Origin: an uncultured Nitrososphaerota archaeon
Lineage (GTDB): Archaea > Thermoproteota > Nitrososphaeria > Nitrososphaerales > Nitrosopumilaceae
Reading direction: 5' to 3'
Length of the DNA stretch: 64,000 nt
Assembly (NCBI GenBank): GCA_963824385.1
Contig: CAWGPD010000003.1
Coordinates: 259,976-323,975 of the forward strand
In this document: positions 52,053 to 61,565 of the stretch, piece by piece
How the letters are laid out: each line of letters starts with the position of its first letter
How positions within the stretch are numbered: position 1 is the first letter of the stretch
Position numbers and translations under genes: made by a program
Notes under the pieces: generated by a model
Database searches by the model: none
What the model was told of the DNA's origin: nothing
The model's input: the letters and a program-made list of their open reading frames with translations, nothing else

Positions 52053-52386
52053 ATGGACAAGGCAAGAAAGATCTCAACTTATCTTATAATAGTAATGGCA
52101 TTTGGTTTTAGCGTATACTTTTTTGCTTCACCTTTTCTTGGTTCACAAGATCAAAGACTCAATGCCGGGTTTAAACCAGAGTCCTGATTCTGTTTCTACG
52201 TTAACCAGTGATGTAGATGCATGCGTTACAAATCCAACTTCTGATTGCGATCAAGAAATGTTACAGATAGTAAACTTCTGTAAAGACAATAAAGATCAAC
52301 ACATTCCAGTCTGTTCTGATGCAAGGGTGCCACAATATGTTGACCAGCGTGGCCTTGAACGTCCAACTATTAACACTGGCAGATAA
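52053..52386 (+). CDS. Small exported Cys-containing hypothetical protein; frameshift near 52155
   Basis: ATG 52053 signal-like N-terminus joins the 52102-frame ORF if one A is removed. Confidence 0.55.
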
Positions 52387-52388
52387 TT

Positions 52389-52799
52389 TTATTTCTGAGC
52401 TTCTTGCATGAATCTTTCCATGTTCTGTTTTACGATGGGAATTATCTTCTTTGTAATTATTTGATGAAAATCGTCTGCATCAGGATCAAATGACAGCAAC
52501 AAAACATGTGCAAGTCTTCTATTTTCATCTGCTATTGGTATTGTGGCTCTAATGATATTTGCATAGTGAGAACTTGCATAGGATATTCTTCCAAGTAAAT
52601 ATTCCCATCTTAGTCTAGTGTATTGCCTTGTGGCTGCAGTTATTGCATATTGTGCTCTCTCCTCTGGTTTCATAATGGGCGTCAAACCGACCCTTTCGGA
52701 TACTCCTTCAAGTGTTCCATCACCATCTGCAATTCCTGCAAATCTTATCTTTTGGTCTAGTGCAACTACGCTTTTACAGAAATCATCAAAAAATGCCAT
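52389..52799 (-). CDS. Roadblock/DUF6659-like thaumarchaeal protein
   Basis: C..V.ALDQKIRFAGIAD..G, LGRISY pattern. Confidence 0.7.
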   Translation of the reverse strand: MAFFDDFCKSVVALDQKIRFAGIADGDGTLEGVSERVGLTPIMKPEERAQYAITAATRQYTRLRWEYLLGRISYASSHYANIIRATIPIADENRRLAHVLLLSFDPDADDFHQIITKKIIPIVKQNMERFMQEAQK

Positions 52800-52852
52800 T
52801 CATTAGAGGGATATCAGTTAAGCTATATTTGCTTTCTGGGGAATTTTTCATT

Positions 52853-53065
52853 TTATATTGTATCTTGTTTTATGCTTGACGGCCTTGCTTTTTGAAAGAT
52901 GAAATTACAAAGTAGCATAAATCCAATCCATAATCCAAGCATAAGAACAGGTGTGTACTGGCCTATGCATTGCTGACAGACAAACTTATTCACAAGGAAT
53001 ACTATGAATCCTCCTCCTAAAGCTCCTACCGAATAATCTAACAACCTCCACCAAAAATATTTCAT
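52853..53065 (-). CDS. Small two-TM membrane protein
   Basis: Two hydrophobic helices separated by CQQC. Confidence 0.5.
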   Translation of the reverse strand: MKYFWWRLLDYSVGALGGGFIVFLVNKFVCQQCIGQYTPVLMLGLWIGFMLLCNFIFQKARPSSIKQDTI

Positions 53066-53112
53066 TTGATATTTTTCTTGATTATTCTGAAATATAAGAT
53101 TGATTTTTTACC

Positions 53113-53502
53113 TTATGAAAAGTATTTTTTGATGTTTTCTACTTCTATCTTTATCCATTCGCAAAAGATCTTCCAAATGGTATTAGATGTTGACGCATAT
53201 TGAAAGAAAGTAAACATTACTGCAGTAGAATCCCCGGAAATAGAAATTGTCCTAAGATATGCAGGTGTCATATTATCTTCAGTAGGGCCAGCATAGATGT
53301 CAATAAGACCAGCTTTTTCGTTTGTGTCTAATCGTATGAATACTTCACCAATTGGTGTTACTGCCTTGTATTTACCATCCACTAAGATTATCTTTTGAAC
53401 AAACTTTGTACTCCATTTTGGAAGGTTTTCAATGTTTGATAAAAATGCAAATACTTTATTTTTTGGTGCAGTCACTACACAAGTCTCCGTAATAGAATTC
53501 AA
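53113..53502 (-). CDS. SRPBCC/START-fold protein
   Basis: APKNKVFAFLSNIENLPKW N-terminal signature; C-terminal EVENIKKY helix. Confidence 0.78.
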   Translation of the reverse strand: MNSITETCVVTAPKNKVFAFLSNIENLPKWSTKFVQKIILVDGKYKAVTPIGEVFIRLDTNEKAGLIDIYAGPTEDNMTPAYLRTISISGDSTAVMFTFFQYASTSNTIWKIFCEWIKIEVENIKKYFS

Positions 53503-53595
53503 TGTTTTTTCTCACGATATCGATTACTTAAACGGTGTTCTAAGAATGATACAAGGACAAACTCATAAATTAATCAGTTGTTTGATTTCAATATT

Positions 53596-54072
53596 ATGTC
53601 ACTAAAACCAAAGAGTGGTGAAGAGTCAAAAGCGGAGATGACTGTAAGGATGTTTCCTTCTGACGCAAATCCTGCAGGTAATGTCTTTGGTGGAGAAATT
53701 CTAAAACAAATAGACTTGATAGCTGGACTTGTCGCCCAAAGACACTGTAAGAAAAATGCAGTAACTGCATCAATTGATAGGGTAAACTTTCTCAAACCTG
53801 TTATGGTTGGAAACGCACTCATACTCAATGCTAGACTAAATTATGTATCTCATTCATCGATGGAGATTGAAGTTAAAGTTGAAGCAGAAAATCTGATGAC
53901 CGGAAATAGAATTCTTACAAATACTGCTTTTGTTACTTGTGTTGCATTAGACGACTTTGGAAAACCATCTCAAGTTCCTACACTTTTGCTTGTCACAGAG
54001 GACGACAAGAAAAGATTTGCGGAAGGTGAACAGAGGATGTTGCAGAGAAAAAGAGAAAGAAAGAAAGACTAA
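53596..54072 (+). CDS. Hotdog-fold acyl-CoA thioesterase (YciA type)
   Basis: DANPAGNVFGG, VTASID, SSMEI, VALD..GKP. Confidence 0.92.
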   Translation: MSLKPKSGEESKAEMTVRMFPSDANPAGNVFGGEILKQIDLIAGLVAQRHCKKNAVTASIDRVNFLKPVMVGNALILNARLNYVSHSSMEIEVKVEAENLMTGNRILTNTAFVTCVALDDFGKPSQVPTLLLVTEDDKKRFAEGEQRMLQRKRERKKD

Positions 54073-54307
54073 TCGGCGTTTTTTTAGATATTTGTAATGT
54101 GATGACTCCAACACATGTTATTGTAATATTTTGTTTAATTTTCAGAACCCCCTACTAGTTTATTCAAAATGAAAACGCACGTACATATGAAGTACTTTCA
54201 CGTATGATGTTTAATCAACTTGAAAGGGGACTCAAATCTTTAATCGTGGTCTGACAGACCCCTTTTAATTTAGAGAAAATAATGTTATGATGATTCTAAA
54301 AACTTGT

Positions 54308-54460
54308 CTAGTCTTCAGACTCATTAAATTTTTCATCTTGTTCATAGCCAATTGCTAATTCTGCTTGATGTAGTTCTTCTTTTGCTTGTTCATGTTCCAT
54401 CTGTTTTATCTCTTCTTCGGTCTTCCCTTCGATTTTTATTTTCTTTTTCTTTGATATCAT
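54308..54460 (-). CDS. Putative 50-aa charged small protein
   Basis: Translated by hand: MISKKKKIKIEGKTEEEIKQMEHEQAKEELHQAELAIGYEQDEKFNESED. Confidence 0.45.
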   Translation of the reverse strand: MISKKKKIKIEGKTEEEIKQMEHEQAKEELHQAELAIGYEQDEKFNESED

Positions 54461-54617
54461 CTAAATCATTATTGTATCAGATTAATATTAAAATGATGCA
54501 GATTATCAATTTTGAGAAGTGTTCCAAGTCTTCTGGATTTACATATTTTTGTTAAAAAATGATTTTTGATAACTAATACCCATTTACCTAAAAATGTATT
54601 TTCTGAAATTTGTAATT

Positions 54618-55409
54618 CTAATACATGCAGTCAAATGTACCAGGAGGTGGATTCTTTATTCTATTTTGGAATTCCTCTGCTGGGTATTTCTTATCCACTG
54701 TATATGGTATGAATCCAAAGATTGGGGCATCTATTGAAGTTGTTATTGTAGCTTTGTTTGGGTCAAACGTAGAATTTTCGCTTCCGATTTTTGTTACTGC
54801 TTCTTTGTTTATGGCAAATATTCCATCTAATATGGCTGCTGATTTTGGCGATAATGTAGAACCTACAATTGTAACTTTTTCAATCTCATCCGTATTATAG
54901 AATGCAGTTATTTCATACTTGGTAAATGTAGCTGGAAAATATGCGGGATTGCATACATCTGATTTTATTGTGAGCTGGGTATCCGAAATTACTGTCTGTT
55001 GACCATGATGAGGACGAAATTGTAAGTTGTTGACTGCATATACATCTAGTCCAATATATGCGACAAGTATTATTGCAACTACTATGCCGACTGATGCATA
55101 TTTTTTGATTGGAGCTCTCTTTACATCTTCTCTCTCGGAGACTTCTGGACTGGGAATTTCTGAATTTGATTCAGGAATGATGTTATCTACAGTATCTGCT
55201 GGCTTCACCGTATTGTCGTTAATGTTATCAGAATTTGAAACTGGATTGGGTGGAGATTGACTCTGTAAAAGGCTCTCTACGTATTGATGATCCTCAAAAG
55301 AAACTGATTCGCCATTTTTAATTATAGTCAGAATATCTTGTAGTCTTCCAACATCTCCCCGTTCAGATTTTATTAGTTCTTCAATTGAACGGATTAAATC
55401 TTCCGACAT
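54618..55409 (-). CDS. Single-pass membrane protein: GD..RL module, low-complexity linker, TM, LEA_2-like extracellular domain
   Basis: N-terminal 47 aa similar to 44993-45292 protein; TM VGIVVAIILVAYIGL; CNPAYFP. Confidence 0.7.
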   Translation of the reverse strand: MSEDLIRSIEELIKSERGDVGRLQDILTIIKNGESVSFEDHQYVESLLQSQSPPNPVSNSDNINDNTVKPADTVDNIIPESNSEIPSPEVSEREDVKRAPIKKYASVGIVVAIILVAYIGLDVYAVNNLQFRPHHGQQTVISDTQLTIKSDVCNPAYFPATFTKYEITAFYNTDEIEKVTIVGSTLSPKSAAILDGIFAINKEAVTKIGSENSTFDPNKATITTSIDAPIFGFIPYTVDKKYPAEEFQNRIKNPPPGTFDCMY

Positions 55410-55723
55410 TCTTTGTTAGGAATTTATTCTTAATTTAAAGCAAGTGGATTCTAAATCATCTTTCTTACTGTTATGTTTGTAACTGATACACAACAACATT
55501 ATCATACCTTCTAATGCGTGTAATTTGTACCAAGTTGATACAACTGAATGTCTTGGTTAGAAATCGTGATGACGCCAGATCTAGCATAATCGAAAAAACA
55601 TTTGAGATGAAAATTTATCAGTCCTGATAAAATTGCTTTATTCTATAGTCTTGGAATGAGAAATTAGCTATAGCTACTGCTGAATAACCCTAGTATTTGT
55701 TGCAAATTCCTAATTAATCTAAT

Positions 55724-56662
55724 TTGACATATTGTACCCAATTGCAAGATGAGATTTTTGACAAATGCAAATTAGATGTCTGTACTAGAGGGCCTCTTGT
55801 AACAGACAATGAAATGGGTGAAATTCTCTGTTCAAGTTGCGGTCAAGTTTTGATGGAAAAACTAGACGGTGTGGGCCCTGAATCACGCTCATTTGATCTT
55901 GAACAATTTAACGATAAGAGTAGAACAGGATCTAAATCAAGTCTTGCTATACACGATATGGGTCTTGCAACATCTATAGGAAATCAAGACAAAGATGCCT
56001 CTGGTAATTCACTATCTGGGTACATGAAAAATACATTTAACAGACTTAGAATCTGGGATAGTAGAAGTAAATCAAAAGGAAACGATTCTAATCTAAGGCA
56101 AGCATTTGTGTTACTTGATACCATGAAATCACAACTCTCACTTCCAGATAATGTAGTTGAAGAAACTGCATATATTTACAGAAAGGCAGCTGCTCTAAAA
56201 CTTACTCGCGGAAGGGGAATATCCTCAATACTTTATGCGGCATTATATGCGGCCTGTCGAAAGACTGCCACTCCTAGGACTTTGCGAGATATTGCAAAAG
56301 CTGGGAATATTAGAAAAGGTGATCTTGCCACTGCGTATAGAACGATAGTGAAAAGTCTGGATCTAAAGTTGGAGCCTTATGATCCTGTGGAATTTGTAAC
56401 TAAAATTTGTAGCATGATTAATGTCAGTGAGAGTACTCGAAGAAATGCTTTGAATTTATTGTCAAAATCTGAGGATGCTGGCTTTTCGATAGGGAAAAAT
56501 CCCATGTCTTTAGTTGCAGCGGCAGTTTACTTGGCCACATGCATTACTGATGAAAAAAAAACACAAGTAGAGATCGCAAAGGTTTGTGGTGTAAGCAACG
56601 TTTCTGTAAGAAATCTAACTAAACTCTTTAAAGCAAAATTACGTCTTGTAATAAAAGAATAA
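55724..56662 (+). CDS. tfb: Transcription initiation factor IIB paralogue
   Basis: Zn ribbon (GEILCSSCG), HDMGLAT, cyclin repeats, GKNPMSLVAAAVY. Confidence 0.92.
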   Translation: MTYCTQLQDEIFDKCKLDVCTRGPLVTDNEMGEILCSSCGQVLMEKLDGVGPESRSFDLEQFNDKSRTGSKSSLAIHDMGLATSIGNQDKDASGNSLSGYMKNTFNRLRIWDSRSKSKGNDSNLRQAFVLLDTMKSQLSLPDNVVEETAYIYRKAAALKLTRGRGISSILYAALYAACRKTATPRTLRDIAKAGNIRKGDLATAYRTIVKSLDLKLEPYDPVEFVTKICSMINVSESTRRNALNLLSKSEDAGFSIGKNPMSLVAAAVYLATCITDEKKTQVEIAKVCGVSNVSVRNLTKLFKAKLRLVIKE

Positions 56663-56672
56663 TCTGCTTACT

Positions 56673-56969
56673 CTAACATCTTATGTTGATTTCCTGAGCA
56701 ATTTCTAGAAATTTTTGCATCTGGCGATAGAATTGAATTCCTTTCTCTGTAATAACAAAAGAACGACTTTTCTTGTCTATTTTGGATTCCATCAGTCCAA
56801 AATCAAGTAACTTTTGACATTTCTCCATGGCGGTATAATGTGATAAATTTGCTCTTCTTGCAATTGAAGATATTATTGCACCCTGCATCCCACAATCCAT
56901 TGTTACCTCTAATATTTCTGAGATTATTCCTAATTCCGAACGGTATTGTTGTTTCATACTAACTGCCAT
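56673..56969 (-). CDS. Winged helix-turn-helix regulator (HTH_45/DUF4364-like)
   Basis: YRSELGII.EIL, ARRANLS, FVITEKG. Confidence 0.82.
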   Translation of the reverse strand: MAVSMKQQYRSELGIISEILEVTMDCGMQGAIISSIARRANLSHYTAMEKCQKLLDFGLMESKIDKKSRSFVITEKGIQFYRQMQKFLEIAQEINIRC

Positions 56970-57023
56970 TTCTTTTTTCTCCCAGAGTTGTTCTCACATC
57001 TATAGTATAGAACAAGGTCTATA

Positions 57024-57047
57024 TAATCATTAGCTTCCTAATGATTA
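57024..57047. promoter_or_regulatory. Palindromic operator TAATCATTAG-N4-CTAATGATTA overlapping the marR start and the wHTH-gene TATA box
   Basis: Perfect 10-bp arms between divergent regulators; same arms as 2014-2037. Confidence 0.8.
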
Positions 57048-57535
57048 GGGAACAAATGAAAAAGTATGATTATGAAAATAGTATAGGCTTTGTAGTGTAC
57101 TCTGCATCCAAAATATTTCAAAAGGTATTTGATCTTGAATTACGCAATAAAATAGGAATAACACTCACTCAATCTAAAGTCATATTTGCACTCTATCTAC
57201 ATTCTGGTCTTACTCAAAGAGAACTTGCTGATAAAATTGGTATTGAAAGTCCTACACTTGTACCAATGATTGACAAAATGGAAGAAGATGGATATCTGAA
57301 AAGAAAATTCGATCCTCACGATAGGAGAATAAAAAGAGTCTATACTACCTCCAAGACAGACTTACTATGGGATTCCATGATGGAATGTGCTTTGCAGATT
57401 AGAAAAGTTTCAACAAAAGAGGTTTCAGAACAAGAAATGAAATTAGCGCTTGGAATTGTAAAAAAGATAACAGAAAACTTAACAACATACATTGAAGATT
57501 CTGAAGTTACAGAACTCAAAAAGACAATGAATTGA
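57041..57535 (+). CDS. MarR-family transcriptional regulator
   Basis: TQRELADKIGIESPTL..MIDKMEEDGY..R..DPHDRR. Confidence 0.92.
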   Translation: MIREQMKKYDYENSIGFVVYSASKIFQKVFDLELRNKIGITLTQSKVIFALYLHSGLTQRELADKIGIESPTLVPMIDKMEEDGYLKRKFDPHDRRIKRVYTTSKTDLLWDSMMECALQIRKVSTKEVSEQEMKLALGIVKKITENLTTYIEDSEVTELKKTMN

Positions 57536-57592
57536 GACTACGTTAACACTCTATGGGTAACCCTATTTACTTGCAAATCTAATTGTAAAGAG

Positions 57593-57766
57593 ATGGCAAT
57601 ACTCAAATCAATTGGGCGAGTTTTTGTCCTCATTGTTAGTGGAATTGCAATAGTAGTAGTTGGGGGGTTTATGATGGGTGCAGTAGCCAAGTTGTATCTG
57701 CCTGGACGTAAAAAGGATAGACGAGAACCTCCGGAGAAATTTTATGAGCATAAAAAAACAGATTAA
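57593..57766 (+). CDS. Putative 57-aa single-TM protein
   Basis: Translated by hand: MAILKSIGRVFVLIVSGIAIVVVGGFMMGAVAKLYLPGRKKDRREPPEKFYEHKKTD. Confidence 0.55.
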   Translation: MAILKSIGRVFVLIVSGIAIVVVGGFMMGAVAKLYLPGRKKDRREPPEKFYEHKKTD

Positions 57767-57935
57767 TATAAAACTGATAAGTTTTGAATTCTGAAAGTGT
57801 CTCAAACTGATTCAACTAATTCGCAAATTTCAAAGTTACAATCTATTGCATATTTTACTCCTACACGTTCTATTGTAGAAGACTAACTCAATCTTATCAA
57901 AGGTAGAGGAAATTGTTGAAAAATACACTAAATCC

Positions 57936-58454
57936 TTGATGCGTTGGAAAAAAGAAAATGATACTATCCAGCATGCATCTGACTCACTATGGGATTTGGC
58001 ACGAGTTGAGGCAATGAAATCCAACTGTATAAACACTTGGGATTCTGCATGGAATTATGCTTGGAGAGAAGCAAGCCTATCTGCCAGAGATAATTATGGT
58101 TGGTATGGTAGTGAATTTCTCTCTGGTGAAACTGTAAGAGATGTAGCAAGAGATGCGGCAAAATATGCTGCAAGATATGCAGCATTTGAATCAGTTAAGG
58201 AAAAACTTGGCGGAATTAATCCTTTTGAATATGTTATTGAATTATACACAATGGGTCTTCGACCAACATACTTTAGAAAAATAAATGATCAAGAAAAATT
58301 TGTAGTGGACTTTCCACTTAAAGCAGATGGTAAAAATGTAGTCGGATGTTATTTACATGGTGACAAGGAGATTTCATTTACGCACCAATGGATTGATTAT
58401 TGCACAAATCTTAAATCGACTAGTAATCCTGAATCCAAAAGATCCTTTGCATAA
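57936..58454 (+). CDS. Hypothetical protein (5' end unclear, possibly disrupted)
   Basis: 172-aa ORF with AW/ARDAA-rich helices. Confidence 0.6.
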   Translation: MMRWKKENDTIQHASDSLWDLARVEAMKSNCINTWDSAWNYAWREASLSARDNYGWYGSEFLSGETVRDVARDAAKYAARYAAFESVKEKLGGINPFEYVIELYTMGLRPTYFRKINDQEKFVVDFPLKADGKNVVGCYLHGDKEISFTHQWIDYCTNLKSTSNPESKRSFA

Positions 58455-58499
58455 AAGATACGCATCTTTTAAGTATCATACTTTTTTATTAAAATAATC

Positions 58500-58613
58500 A
58501 TGTGTGAAATGATTGACGAAATAGAAATTGAACATCTCAGATTAGTGCTAGCCAGAGCAAGAAAAGAGATGCAAGAACCAGTTAAAGGCGAATCACTGGT
58601 TGCGGTTGCTTAA
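58500..58613 (+). CDS. Putative 37-aa small protein
   Basis: MCEMIDEIEIEHLRLVLARARKEMQEPVKGESLVAVA; TTTAAGTA box upstream; stop overlaps convergent gene stop. Confidence 0.45.
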   Translation: MCEMIDEIEIEHLRLVLARARKEMQEPVKGESLVAVA

Positions 58614-58861
58614 TAATTCCATTCGTTTGAAATGCCGTTCCAAAGAGAACGATAAGGTTTAGCATCTTCTGAAATCTCTTCTTTGATTCTCTGTTCTATT
58701 GAAAAATACATGTTTTCAAGTGCGTCGATCCCACCATCTGCAAATAACTCTTGGCCTATCTCCTTAATTCTATCTTCTTTGACGGAATAATCCGAGGCAC
58801 TAGAGTTTTGAATACAGTATGTAATGAGATCGTATAACTCCTCTTCAAGATATGCATCCAA
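58610..58861 (-). CDS. Hypothetical protein
   Basis: IKEIGQELFADGG..L, LWNGI...W pattern. Confidence 0.65.
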   Translation of the reverse strand: MDAYLEEELYDLITYCIQNSSASDYSVKEDRIKEIGQELFADGGIDALENMYFSIEQRIKEEISEDAKPYRSLWNGISNEWNY

Positions 58862-59016
58862 TTCGATCTTGAAATTATGTTTATGGTATAAAAGTTCTCA
58901 ATTATTTTGAATACTTGGATTTTACTACTTTTTGTTCCTTGTCAGATCGGGAAAAAACATGTAATATGTATCAAAGATTCCAAAGGTATAACAAGACATA
59001 CCTTCCATGTATACAT

Positions 59017-61216
59017 ATAGCCCAAAATTCTATTCAATTAAAAATATTGGAAGCGTATACTCGTGACGTAGGTAGAGGTGTAACACGTATTGATTATGAA
59101 TCAATGGATGCCCTAGGTGCATCAACTGGTGATATTTTAGAAATTACTGGAAAACGAAGATCTGTTGCTAGATGTCTTCCATTATATCCATCTGATGAAG
59201 GGAAAGGAATTATCCGAGTTGATGGTCTTGGAAGGAATAACACTGGTATTGGAATTGGTGATACTGTAACTGTACGGAAAATAAAAACCGTTCCTGCAGA
59301 AAAAGTCATAGTTGCACCGCTTGATTCTATACCGCCAATTGACGAAAGGTATCTTACTGACTCTTTAGAAAATATCCCGCTTGTAAAAGGTGATAATATA
59401 ATGGTCCCATATTTTGGTGGTAGACTGACATTTCAGGTAATAGGAATTACTCCAGCCACTGACGCAGTACTTGTTACACCAAAGACAGAGTTTCACATTG
59501 CCGAAAAAGGTGAGAGTCTGCGTGGAGTACCACAAGTATCTTATGAAGACATTGGTGGAATGTCTGACGAAATAAGAAAAGTAAGAGAGATGATTGAACT
59601 TCCAATGCGACATCCTGAAATATTTGAAAAACTAGGGGTTGAAGCTCCAAAGGGCGTCTTACTATATGGTGTACCAGGAACTGGCAAGACACTGTTAGCA
59701 AAAGCAGTTGCAAATGAGACTAATGCACATTTTATCAGCATATCGGGTCCTGAAATAATGAGCAAATTTTATGGTGAAAGTGAGGCAAGACTGCGTGAGA
59801 TATTCAAGGAGGCAAAAGAAAAAGCACCTTCAATAATTTTCATAGATGAAATTGATTCTATTGCACCAAAACGAGAAGAAGTTACAGGAGAAGTTGAGAG
59901 AAGAGTAGTGTCACAAATGTTATCACTTATGGATGGTCTTGAAGGAAGAGGTAAAGTAATTGTTATCGCTGCAACAAATAGGCCAAATGCATTAGATCCA
60001 GCTCTGAGAAGACCTGGAAGATTTGATAGAGAAATTGAGATCAAAGTACCGGATAAAAAAGGAAGATTAGAGATTTTATTAATTCATACAAGAAACATGC
60101 CGCTTACTGAAGACGTAAACTTGGAAAAAATTTCGGGCTCTAGTCATGGATATGTGGGAGCTCGATTTGGAATATTTATGCAAAGAAGCTGCAATGAAAT
60201 GCCTACGACGATTATTACCAGAAATCAATTTATCTGATGATAAAATCCCTCCAGAAACTCTTGATAAATTAATTGTAAATGCTGATGATTATCAGCTTGC
60301 ATTCAGGGATGTAACTCCTGCTGGAATGCGTGAGGTGTATATTGAAACTCCTGATGTACAGTGGAGCCAAATCGGTGGACTGGAGAATGTTAAACGAGAA
60401 CTCCAAGAAGCAGTAGAATGGCCTATGAAATATCCTAATCTTTATTCTCAGCTTGGATATAGGATGCCACGAGGTATTTTATTGCATGGGCCAAGTGGAA
60501 CTGGTAAGACACTTTTGGCAAAAGCAGTAGCAACAGAAAGTGAGGCAAATTTCATCTCAGTAAAAGGTCCTGAATTACTATCCAAATGGATAGGTGAATC
60601 AGAGCGTGGAATTCGAGAAATATTTAGAAGAGCAAGACAGTCTTCACCATGTGTCATATTCTTTGATGAGGTTGATTCTATTGCTCCAATTAGAGGAATG
60701 GGAGAGAGTGCAACTACTGAAAAAGTAGTCAGTCAACTACTGACAGAGATGGATGGAATCACTTCTTTGAATGGAGTAGTGGTAATAGCTGCAACAAATA
60801 GAGCTGATATGATTGATCCTGCATTAATACGACCTGGTAGATTTGATAAAATTATTGTAGTTCCAATTCCAGACAAGGAAGGAAGACTCAAAATATTGGA
60901 GATTAGTTCACGTGATATCCCAATTGAAAAAGAGATGGGAACTCCATCTGGACTAAACCCTGATTATGTTGATTTGATAAAGATTGCAGAGATGACTGAT
61001 GGTATGAGCGGAGCAGATGTTGCAGCAATTGCAAATACTGCTGCCTCTATTGTATTACATAACTTTGTTGAAAAATATCCTGATCCAAAAGAGGCTGAAA
61101 AACAAGTTGAAATGGCAAAGGTAAAGATGAAAGATTTTGAGGAAGCAGTAAAGAAGGTCAAGATTCAAAAAGATCTTAAAGTTGGACAAAAGGTAGCTAT
61201 ATCACACTTTAGATAA
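59017..61216 (+). CDS. cdc48: CDC48/VCP-family AAA ATPase; +1 frameshift near 60163; start codon uncertain
   Basis: TRDVGRG N-domain, two Walker A motifs ([16 protein letters not shown]), ALRRPGRFD and ALIRPGRFD. Confidence 0.93.
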
Positions 61217-61226
61217 TTTTTAAGAA

Positions 61227-61547
61227 TTATAATTTCTCGACGTTTGTTGTACCCATTGATGTCACCTTGCAATTTATGGTTCCATCAAGATTTCTATCAT
61301 TGTTCTTAGAATGTACTGGGTATAGGTTTGTTATGTCATCTGAATTCAAGTCTCGATTTATCTTGTCTATATGCCATCCAAATGAGGAGTTGACATTTTC
61401 ATATTCTGTTCTCTCAATCCATGCACCACAATTGTCTTTTCTGAAATTATTTGGAATATTGTATTCATCAATCTGACCTTTTTGCCACACCTTTAGGATT
61501 ACATCATCAGCATATGATACCTTGTTAATTTTATGGATGGATGACAA
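61227..61547 (-). CDS. HNH-family-like small protein, catalytic His apparently lost
   Basis: VWQKG, RKDNCGAWI, FGWHIDKI, DDITNLYPVHSKNN. Confidence 0.7.
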   Translation of the reverse strand: MSSIHKINKVSYADDVILKVWQKGQIDEYNIPNNFRKDNCGAWIERTEYENVNSSFGWHIDKINRDLNSDDITNLYPVHSKNNDRNLDGTINCKVTSMGTTNVEKL

Positions 61548-61565
61548 TTTTTTTAAAATAACCTT

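Noticed and set aside
4316..61216. Programmed ribosomal frameshifting or phase variation at the split genes
   Set aside because: No shared slippery sequence or long homopolymer at most breaks; scattered single-base indels fit sequencing error
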